From assembly GCA_963727445.1 (NCBI GenBank), contig CAVSGI010000008.1, positions 384,001 through 448,000 of the forward strand: a DNA stretch of 64,000 nucleotides, written 5' to 3'. Shown here piece by piece: positions 20,149-30,100 of the stretch. This DNA comes from an uncultured delta proteobacterium (GTDB lineage Bacteria > Myxococcota_A > Polyangia > Polyangiales > B10-G4). Made by a program: the position numbers and the translations under genes. Under the pieces are notes generated by a model. It saw nothing but the letters and a program-made list of their open reading frames with translations. It did no database searches and was not told where the DNA came from. Within the stretch, counting starts at the first letter, position 1; every line of letters starts with the position of its first letter.

Positions 20149-21063
20149 TTATCGGCGGCCGGAACGCCCAGTTGCTCGCGCGGGCCGACGCGCCCTTCTT
20201 CTCCGCGCCGCGCACAACAGGAGCGCGACCATCGTCCAAAGGGGCCAGCTTTCATCTGGCGGGCCAGGCCCGAGCACCGCCGAGCACCCCGCGCCCTCAG
20301 AGCCGCACATCGAGTCGGCGCACGTCGCCGAGCCATTCCGTTCGACGGTGATCCCGAGCGTGGACTCGATTTCCGCGATGCACGCCTCCAGGTCGGGCCC
20401 GTGGACCCACTGCCCATCACAGAAGAGCGCACCCGTGGACTCCTGGCACGCGCGTCGGCAGTCGCCAAAGAAGCCTCCGTAGCAAACCTCGAAGCCCGTC
20501 TCACACCCGAGCTCGTCCTCCACGTTGATCCGAGCGGCGCAGCTGCCATCGCAGCTGGCGTCGCACTTGGGCCCGCAGCCGTCGGTCGCGGACGTGCTGC
20601 TGCAACTCGAGTCGCAGTTGGCGATGAATGTGGTTTCACAGGCGGCCTGACACTGGGCGAGCGCGAGCGACGATTCCGGGTAACGCGAGCAATAGGCAGA
20701 GCACTCCGCCTCCTCGTTCGCGAAGCAGTCATCGAGGCAATCGAAGCCGCTGGCGTCGGGCTCGCACGTGCCCAGGCAGTCGACCGCGCAATCGGCCACG
20801 CAGCTGGCATCCGGGGGATTGGAGCCCGAGGCGCAGGAGTGGTACGCATCCGACGAGCACTGGCGGTCGAAGTTGCTGGCTGCGCAGAGCGTCGAGCATC
20901 CCCGCTCCTCGACGACCAGCGCACAGCCTTCAGTGTCCGGGGCGAGATACACTCCCCTACAGGCGGCGATGTATTGCGCCTCAGCCGAGCGTGGCATCGA
21001 GGCGACCGCAAAAGCTGCCACGCAGAAAACGACCGCCGCGTGGCCGACGCGCTGATCCATCAT
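20149..21063 (-). CDS. Secreted Cys-rich protein with MYXO-CTERM-like anchor
   Basis: GGAGG RBS; signal peptide; many CxxxC repeats; C-terminal GCS...WTMVALLLCAARRRR. Confidence 0.8.
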   Translation of the reverse strand: MMDQRVGHAAVVFCVAAFAVASMPRSAEAQYIAACRGVYLAPDTEGCALVVEERGCSTLCAASNFDRQCSSDAYHSCASGSNPPDASCVADCAVDCLGTCEPDASGFDCLDDCFANEEAECSAYCSRYPESSLALAQCQAACETTFIANCDSSCSSTSATDGCGPKCDASCDGSCAARINVEDELGCETGFEVCYGGFFGDCRRACQESTGALFCDGQWVHGPDLEACIAEIESTLGITVERNGSATCADSMCGSEGAGCSAVLGPGPPDESWPLWTMVALLLCAARRRRARRPARATGRSGRR

Positions 21064-21092
21064 TCGAAACCTCCTTCGAGCGCGTAAACGGC

Positions 21093-21108
21093 TGCACGCA
21101 ACGCGCCA
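21093..21108 (-). promoter_or_regulatory. Putative sigma54 promoter
   Basis: TGGCGCGTTGCGTGCA (GG-N10-GC) about 30 bp upstream of the 21063 start. Confidence 0.55.
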
Positions 21109-21270
21109 ACGACGCCGGCGCCGCACATCGAGCCCGAACGCGACGACCAGCACTCGGCCGCGCCAATGACCGGGAAATCACGTGCACAGAGTGAGCAGGC
21201 GCTTGCACGCGCATCTTCCCGGCGTGCAGATTTTCGCGCCTGGACGCGTCGCTCCCACGATTGCGAAAGC

Positions 21271-21286
21271 CGGCACGCTCCGTGCG
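21271..21286 (+). promoter_or_regulatory. Putative sigma54 promoter
   Basis: CGGCACGCTCCGTGCG (GG-N10-GC) just upstream of ATG 21299. Confidence 0.6.
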
Positions 21287-21298
21287 TCCGTCAGGAGC

Positions 21299-21823
21299 AT
21301 GGCCAATCGAATCACGTTCTTCGCCGCCGCGGCTCTGACGTTGGGTGTGGGCTGCAAAGCCTCGATCGACGACCGGTGCGACGAGGGATGTCCCAGCTTT
21401 CTGCTCGGCTCCACCGAGCATTGTGATCGCTACTGCGCGTACGCACGCGACCTGGCGTCAGCTTCCGGATGCGTCGCGGAACATCGATCGCTCTACGCAT
21501 GCCTGGCGACCGAGGGGTGGTCGAGCGGCGCGTGCGAGGAAGCGGACGCCAGGCTCTTCAACTGCGTCGGTATGTCGCCGCCCACGGGCTGCACGCAGGA
21601 GTGCTACGAGTGCGACTCTTCGCTCGATTGCCCCATCATCTGTCCTGTCCTGGCGGCGTCGGCCGCCGCGCAAGGATGCTCGGAGGAGTGGCTCCGCGTC
21701 GACGAGTGCGGAGTGGGCGATCCACCCGAAGTGTGCGCCTCTGGCTCGTGCACCATGGAGGAGATCGACGCATTGAGCGCCTGCGTCGACACGTACTGCA
21801 GCGCTCACCCGGAGGACTGCTGA
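21299..21823 (+). CDS. Cys-rich lipoprotein
   Basis: Lipobox LGVGC; two similar Cys-rich helical units (C..YC...ASASGC..E and C..IC...AAAQGC..E). Confidence 0.72.
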   Translation: MANRITFFAAAALTLGVGCKASIDDRCDEGCPSFLLGSTEHCDRYCAYARDLASASGCVAEHRSLYACLATEGWSSGACEEADARLFNCVGMSPPTGCTQECYECDSSLDCPIICPVLAASAAAQGCSEEWLRVDECGVGDPPEVCASGSCTMEEIDALSACVDTYCSAHPEDC

Positions 21824-22016
21824 GGTCGGCTGGGGGGCTGGGAGGTCGACGGGCTCGCGGAGCGGGCGGGAGACGCGGTGGCGCTGCGCGAAGGCGAAGA
21901 ACGTTCCTCGCCCGCACAAGCCAACGTGCTCGCCTCGTCTCGCAGAGCCTCGGCGAGTCGCTGCGCTCGGAGCTGGCGAATGGACGCCTCTACGTGATCC
22001 GCCTCGGGGCGCGCTA

Positions 22017-23229
22017 AATAACCGATCTCGATTCGGGAACAAGCGAATCTGCTGAGTCTGCGTTTCTCGGGAAGATTGGTGCTCGGGAGCTACGCGGCTT
22101 GTCGGAGTTCCGGACATCGTCCGGGAGGCCACGGGGAAACGGCGTCGAGCCAGACGGAGACGGCGAAGCAGAGATCCACGATATCGCGGTGTTGATGGTT
22201 GCGCGTGACGTTGGCGTGGAGGTCGCACCACATTCGTTCGATCAGGTTTTCATCGGGGCAGTAGGGCGGCAGGAAGTGAAGCTGAATGCGAGGAAGTTCT
22301 CGCAGCGCTGCGATCGTCTCGCGGCTCTTGTGTATTCCGTAGTTGTCGAGGATGACGTGGATGCATCGAGCATCGCGGTAGTGTTCGTCGAGCCTGCGCA
22401 TCATGGCGATGAACAAGCTGCTGTTCTTGACGCCGTCGCCGACCCACAGGACCGTCCCGTCGCAAGCGTCGAGTGTGCCGGCGATGTAGGCCTTCTCGTT
22501 TTTTCCCGGCGTGACGAGGCGTTTCTGCTCGCCGGAGAGCATCCAGTCGAGACCGACCTTGGGGTTGAGATGGATGTCCACCTCGTCCTCGTAGACTGCG
22601 ACCTCGTCGTCGGGAAGTTCGTCCAGGAGCGTTCGGATCTTCTTGAGCCGCCGCCTGCGCTGGCGCTCGGACAGTGGGCACTGCACCGTGGGCTTGGGCC
22701 GCCCCCGCCGTGCTCCGATTCGCCGCAAGATCCTGCTCATGCTGCTGAGGCTCACGCGCAGCCCCGTCTGCTCCTCGCACACGAGGATCAACACCTCGCG
22801 CGTCCACGTCGGCCGAGGGTGTCCATAGTCCCAGGGCGACTGCTGCAGAAGGCTCTGCACCGTGAGCACGTAGGAAGTCGGGATCGGCGGCGGTCCGTTG
22901 TCTCGCCGACCGTCCAGCAATCCGTCTCGACCACCCTCCACGAAGCGCTTCAGCACCCGACTCACCGTCGACGCCGCAACTCCGACCGCCTCACGAATTG
23001 CGGCTCGCCTCTTGCCTCGCACCGCCAGTGCCACGACTTGGGCACGCCGGAACAGATCGACATCACGGGACTTTCCCGCCCACCTCAAAAGGCGCCTTGC
23101 GCGCTGCCGGGACCAGCGCGGTACATTCTCCATGTGGGTCTCCTTTCTCGTGATCTCTCGACAAGCTCACGATCGATTGGAGGCCCACGAACTTCAACCC
23201 ACCACGATCCCGAATCGTGGTCGGCTATT
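22017..23229 (-). mobile_element. IS630-family insertion sequence
   Basis: 22-bp imperfect TIRs (22017-22038 and 23208-23229, 19/22 match); flanked by C-TA on the left and GA-G on the right (TA-G expected). Confidence 0.9.
22090..23133 (-). CDS. IS630-family DDE transposase (intact single ORF)
   Basis: N-terminal HTH; YEDEVDIHLNP, VILDNYGIH, LPPYCPDENLIERMW. Confidence 0.95.
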   Translation of the reverse strand: MENVPRWSRQRARRLLRWAGKSRDVDLFRRAQVVALAVRGKRRAAIREAVGVAASTVSRVLKRFVEGGRDGLLDGRRDNGPPPIPTSYVLTVQSLLQQSPWDYGHPRPTWTREVLILVCEEQTGLRVSLSSMSRILRRIGARRGRPKPTVQCPLSERQRRRRLKKIRTLLDELPDDEVAVYEDEVDIHLNPKVGLDWMLSGEQKRLVTPGKNEKAYIAGTLDACDGTVLWVGDGVKNSSLFIAMMRRLDEHYRDARCIHVILDNYGIHKSRETIAALRELPRIQLHFLPPYCPDENLIERMWCDLHANVTRNHQHRDIVDLCFAVSVWLDAVSPWPPGRCPELRQAA

Positions 23230-23393
23230 GAGTGCCTGGTCCAATGAGGTGGAAGGGGAGATCGCGACGGGCGTCGGTCGCGTCGCAAGGAGGGAAACCG
23301 AAGGACGTGCAGCGCACATTCGAGGTTTCCCGACGCCGCGAGGCGGCTGACGAACGAGCGAGAACCCTTCTACGTCATTGGACCAGGCACTAG
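23230..23393. mobile_element. MITE-like non-autonomous element (about 165 bp) with CTAG-type ends
   Basis: 27-bp inverted repeats at 23231-23257 and 23365-23391 (25/27 match); right end CTAG; internal hairpin gggaaacc...ggtttccc. Confidence 0.7.
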
Positions 23394-23403
23394 TCTTTGT
23401 CCA

Positions 23404-25344
23404 ATGCGCCTTCTCGGATGGCTTGCACTCGGTCTGCTCCTCGGCTGCACCGAAGAACCGACCGAGCGTCCGAGCGCGCCAGCCGTAGCTGACCAGATCA
23501 CGATCTCCGTCCGGCGTGTCTCCGGGGAGATCGATCCCGCCACTGTCGAAGCGGCGCTTCGCGACGAGACTGCCGAGCTCGACCACTGTTTCCGACTGAC
23601 TGCCGGACCGCCGACGGAGGGACGCGAGATGGTCACGCTCGCGATGACCGTCGCGCCGGCCGGTCGCGTGACCAACGTGAGTGGCGTCGCCGACGACAAT
23701 CCAAACGATCGGCTTCGGGGATGTCTGCGAGGCGTGCTGGTCGACACGACCCTGCCCCACGGAGGTGGCCTGGTCATGGCTCGCATATCGCGGGGGCCAC
23801 CCGAGGTGACCGAGCCGGCGGGCGAGGAGACGGCTGCTGGCGCGCGTCTTTCGCCCTCCGAAGCCGAGGACGTCAGGTCGATTCGGGAGGCGATCCGCAG
23901 GCGCCTCGAGGGCGCCGGAGATGAGGGGGCCGTGCTCTTGCGCTTCTACGAAGCCCGAGACTTCCTGCCGGCCTTCTATGACGAAAGCGCGCGTCCCCGC
24001 ACGCACGCCATCACCGAGCTGACCGACGCGGTCGAGGGCGCGCCCAGCCACGGCCTCGCGAAGGCGGACTACCACTTCGAGCGCCTGGCGGCGCAGCGCG
24101 CCACCCCGCCCACGACGCCCGAGGCGATCGCCATCCACGACGTCCTCTTGAGCGACGCCTTCGTGACGCTCGCGACGCACCTGCTCCGCGGCAAGGTCGA
24201 TCCCGTCCACATTCATCCTGCGTGGACCGCCCATCATCGGGCGGGAGACGTGCTCGCGCTTCTGAGGCGCGGGCTGGCGGACGACCCGATCGGGGAGGTG
24301 CTCGCTTCGGCCGCGCCCAGCGACGAGGGCTATGCACGGCTTCGCGAGGCCCTCGCGCGCTACCGGGCGCTCGAGAGGAGCGCACCTCCGCCCGCACCTT
24401 TGGGGCAGCTCCTCGAGGCCCTGGGCGATCTCGAAGAAGGCGATGATCTCGAGAGCGCGATCCGGCACTTTCAACGACGCCACGGGATCGCGGCGAGCGG
24501 CGTGGTGGATGAGCGTACGGAGGCGGCGCTCTCGGTGCCGATGGCCGCCCGCGTCGAAACGCTCCGGGTGAACCTCGAACGCGCGCGCTGGCTCCCCGAA
24601 GATCTCGGCGAGCGCCAGGTGCGCGTCAACATCGCGGGCTTCGACCTGCGCTACATCGAAGGCGGCGCGGTCCGGCTCCGCATGCGCGCGATCGTGGGCA
24701 AGCCCTACCGAAAGACGCCGGTCTTCTCGGACACCATCCGCTACCTGGTGCTGAACCCGACCTGGACGGTGCCCTCCACGATCTTTCGCGAGGATCTCCT
24801 GCCCGAGGTGCGCCGCGACCGGCGCACGCTCGCGCGCCGCGGCCTCGAGGTGCTCAACCCGGACGGGCGAATCGTCGATCCGGCCACCGTTCAGTGGCGT
24901 CGCGTCCACCACGGCGACCTCTACCTGCGCCAGCCCGCGGGACCCAACAACGCCCTCGGCCCCGTGAAGTTCATGTTTCCGAACCCCTACGACGTCTACA
25001 TGCACGGCACGCCGCGGCAGGACCTCTTCGAGGAGGCCGAGCGGGCCTTCAGCTCGGGGTGCATTCGCCTCGAGCGCCCCCTGGATCTCGCCGCGCTCCT
25101 GCTCGCCGATCAGCCGGGCTACGCCCTCGAGGACCTCGAGCGGATCGTCCGGACCCGGCGGACCCAGACCGTCCACCTCACGACACCGGTGCCCGTGCAC
25201 CTGCTCTACGCCACAGCGTGGGTAGAGCCCGATGGGACGGTGCAATTCAGACGCGACATCTACGAGCGCGACGACGCCGTGTCGGAGGCGCTCGGTGCGA
25301 TCAGGCCCGCACTTCAGCCGGCAGAGGCTGCACCGACTCCTTGA
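23404..25344 (+). CDS. L,D-transpeptidase (YcbB/LdtD-like) lipoprotein with N-terminal AgmX/PglI-C-like domain
   Basis: Lipobox LLGC; scaffold and PG-binding segment (AIRHFQRRHGI); VNIAGF, IVGKP.RKTP, RQPAGPNNALG.VKF, YMHGTP...FSSGCIRL. Confidence 0.9.
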   Translation: MRLLGWLALGLLLGCTEEPTERPSAPAVADQITISVRRVSGEIDPATVEAALRDETAELDHCFRLTAGPPTEGREMVTLAMTVAPAGRVTNVSGVADDNPNDRLRGCLRGVLVDTTLPHGGGLVMARISRGPPEVTEPAGEETAAGARLSPSEAEDVRSIREAIRRRLEGAGDEGAVLLRFYEARDFLPAFYDESARPRTHAITELTDAVEGAPSHGLAKADYHFERLAAQRATPPTTPEAIAIHDVLLSDAFVTLATHLLRGKVDPVHIHPAWTAHHRAGDVLALLRRGLADDPIGEVLASAAPSDEGYARLREALARYRALERSAPPPAPLGQLLEALGDLEEGDDLESAIRHFQRRHGIAASGVVDERTEAALSVPMAARVETLRVNLERARWLPEDLGERQVRVNIAGFDLRYIEGGAVRLRMRAIVGKPYRKTPVFSDTIRYLVLNPTWTVPSTIFREDLLPEVRRDRRTLARRGLEVLNPDGRIVDPATVQWRRVHHGDLYLRQPAGPNNALGPVKFMFPNPYDVYMHGTPRQDLFEEAERAFSSGCIRLERPLDLAALLLADQPGYALEDLERIVRTRRTQTVHLTTPVPVHLLYATAWVEPDGTVQFRRDIYERDDAVSEALGAIRPALQPAEAAPTP

Positions 25345-25784
25345 GGGGACGGGCGTCTCCGGGACAGGAAGTGCATCACCGCCGTGCGCAGATCGTCGAG
25401 GTCCAACGGCTTGTGAAAGAGGCAGGCGGCGCCGGCATTGTCGGCGGCGTCATCCACCGTCCGGTCGGCGTATCCGGTGATCACGATGGCAGGGACCTCC
25501 CAGCCCCAGCCCCGGATCTCGCGCAGGATCGACAGGCCACTCGGGCCCGGCATGCGAATGTCGGACACGATCAGCGAAGGGGGATCGCCGAGCTGCCGCG
25601 CCGCACGCAGCTCGTCGAAGAGCGCCAGGCCGCTGTTCACGTCCACGATCTCGTATCCGTCCCGCCTCAGAGCGTCGACGAGCAGGCTTCGCATCTCGGG
25701 GTCGTCTTCGGCCACGACAACGCGCGGGGGGTGGTGCGCGGTGCCTTGGGAAGGCGGGCTGGAATCGGTTCGCGGTACTGCCAT
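25314..25784 (-). CDS. Single-domain response regulator
   Basis: VVAEDD, VSDIRMP, VITGY, FHKPLD. Confidence 0.9.
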   Translation of the reverse strand: MAVPRTDSSPPSQGTAHHPPRVVVAEDDPEMRSLLVDALRRDGYEIVDVNSGLALFDELRAARQLGDPPSLIVSDIRMPGPSGLSILREIRGWGWEVPAIVITGYADRTVDDAADNAGAACLFHKPLDLDDLRTAVMHFLSRRRPSPQGVGAASAG

Positions 25785-25807
25785 GACACACCTCGAGGCC
25801 ATACGAC

Positions 25808-25823
25808 TGCATGCGCCGTGCCC
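25808..25823 (-). promoter_or_regulatory. Putative sigma54 promoter
   Basis: GGGCACGGCGCATGCA (GG-N10-GC) upstream of the response regulator. Confidence 0.55.
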
Positions 25824-25868
25824 CAGCAGACACGGGTCGATCGTCGGCTTTTCCTGCGGCGGGGTGAG

Positions 25869-25916
25869 GCAAAAGAGCCCCCCGGCCTGCGCATGAGGCG
25901 TTTCGCCTCGGGGAAT
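25869..25916 (-). terminator. Possible intrinsic terminator after the acyl-CoA dehydrogenase pair
   Basis: Minus strand: gaggc-gaaac-gcctc hairpin inside ccccg...cgggg, followed by ctcttttg. Confidence 0.35.
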
Positions 25917-25926
25917 ATCGGGCGGC

Positions 25927-27048
<1,122 letters not shown>

Positions 27049-27055
27049 GGCGCTC

Positions 27056-28243
<1,188 letters not shown>

Positions 28244-28276
28244 GGGGGCAGAGAATACCCAGGCGGAGATGGATCG

Positions 28277-28744
28277 CTACTGCACGTTGAAGACCAGGGT
28301 CGACAGCTCTCGGTCACCGGCGAAAAGGTGAAGACTGTAGATACCTTGGAGCCAGCGGGGACCGCCGCCCTCCATGCGAGCGCCGCCCTGGTTCAGCGCG
28401 TCGGCGCTCACGGCGAACATCCCCTGCGCTTCCCCCGCGCCTCGCGTCTCTTCCACGCGGTGGATCACGGTGCCGGGCTCGAGCGCGGTGGACTCGGCGT
28501 GCACCTCGAAGCGCAGGGAGGGGCCCTCGTCCTCGGGGACGTACCAGTAGAAGAGCGCTTCGTCGGCGTCGCCTATCGCGTCGCGACCGGGCGGCAGGCT
28601 CTGGCGAGTGGTCTCGCTCAAGACGAGCGCACGAGGATACGGTCCCGCGAGCATCGCACCCACGGAGGGCGCTTGCGCCGCATCGTCCCCGCACGCGCAG
28701 AAGGCGAAGAGCGACAGGACGAACCAGAGCCGATCTCGTTTCAC
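28277..28744 (-). CDS. Hypothetical lipoprotein
   Basis: Lipobox FCACGDD; beta-rich C-terminus. Confidence 0.7.
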   Translation of the reverse strand: MKRDRLWFVLSLFAFCACGDDAAQAPSVGAMLAGPYPRALVLSETTRQSLPPGRDAIGDADEALFYWYVPEDEGPSLRFEVHAESTALEPGTVIHRVEETRGAGEAQGMFAVSADALNQGGARMEGGGPRWLQGIYSLHLFAGDRELSTLVFNVQ

Positions 28745-28773
28745 GCGCAGAATGATACCTTCCTCGAAGCTCG

Positions 28774-30085
28774 ATGGCCCTCCTCGGATCCATGACCGGC
28801 CGGACGCTGCCCGGGGGATACGTCCTCGGCGACCTCCTCGGGCGCGGCGGCATGGGCAGCGTCTACGAGGGCACCCACCTCGCTTCGAAGCGGCCCGTGG
28901 CCATCAAGGTGCTGAAGCCGAAGCTCGCCCGCCATCCCACGCACCTGGAACGCTTTCGCCGAGAAGCCGAGATGACCTCCAGCCTCGGCCATCCCAACCT
29001 CGTCGCGGTCGAGTTCTTCGACCACGACAGCAGCGACCTGGCCTTCTACGTGATGGAGCGGTTGCGTGGCGAGCCCCTCTCGCGGGTCATCAACCGCGAA
29101 GGACGGGTCGCGCCCGACCGTGCCGCGGACATCGTCGCGCAGGTGTTGGCCGGCCTCGACGCGGCGCACCGCGCGGGCGTGATCCACCGAGACCTCAAGC
29201 CTTCGAACATCTTTCTGACACCCGGTCCGGACGGGCGCGAGGTGGTGAAGGTGGTCGACTTCGGGCTCGCCAAGCTCCTCACCAGTGACGCCACCAAGCT
29301 GACGGTGACGGGGAGCGTCGTCGGAACGCCGCACTATCTGTCGCCGGAGCAGGCGCTCGGTCAGTCTACCGATCCCCGATCCGACCTCTTCGCGTGCGGC
29401 GTGGTGCTCTACGAGCTCCTCGCGGGCGCGCGCCCTTACGACGGAAAAGGACGTGGCCGATCTGTTGACCAAGATCGCCCGAGCCGACGTCCGCCGGGTG
29501 GACGAGGTCGCGCCCGAGGTGAAGCCACCGCTGGCCGACGTGGTCCATCGCGCGCTCGCCCGAAACCCGAACGAGCGCTTCAAGAGCGCACGCGCCATGC
29601 GCCGGGCGCTCCTCGAAGCCGTCGGCCGCGCCGAAGCGCCTCGGCGGAAGAAGCACAAAGGCATGCCGCTCCTTCCGCTCCTGGTGGTCGCAGGGCTGCT
29701 GGGAGCGGTGGTCGCGGTCTCCGTCGTGGTAGGGCTCACCATCTTCATCGAAAACGAGGAGCCCGCGGCCGCTGACTCCAGCTTCGGGGAGCCGGCCGCC
29801 GTCACTCCAGTCCTCAATCAACCGCCGGCTCCGACGCCGATGGCTCCCGCGGGGGCGACTGCGATCGTGCTGCCTCCGTCCCTCGGCATTCCGGAGTGCG
29901 ACGCCGCGGGTCAGCTCGCTTGTCGCTGCCCTCGGGCGAGCATCCGGCCACAGCTCTGCGCGAGCACTCATCAGGCGTTTCAGCGCTGGCGAGAGCTCCT
30001 GGACGGGAGCGAGCACAACCGTTCCGCCGTCGAGTCGGGGTGCCGCCAATGGAACGCACGGATGAGGGAGCTCTGCCTACTCTGA
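28774..30085 (+). CDS. Membrane Ser/Thr protein kinase with small Cys-containing C-terminal domain (frameshift at the A-run 29445-29448)
   Basis: GRGGMGSVY, HRDLKPSN, DFG, GTPHYLSPEQ; the +1 frame continues with the kinase end, a TM helix and GIPECD...C.C. Confidence 0.85.
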
Positions 30086-30100
30086 TATCCTGCGCCCGAG

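Noticed and set aside
10093..23400. Accessory region as a prophage or integrative element
   Set aside because: I found no integrase, phage structural or conjugation genes, no tRNA target and no att repeats.
29441..29450. GGAAAAGG in the kinase as a programmed frameshift
   Set aside because: It is not a full A_AAA_AAG heptamer and the needed shift is +1. One extra A in a homopolymer is the simpler explanation.
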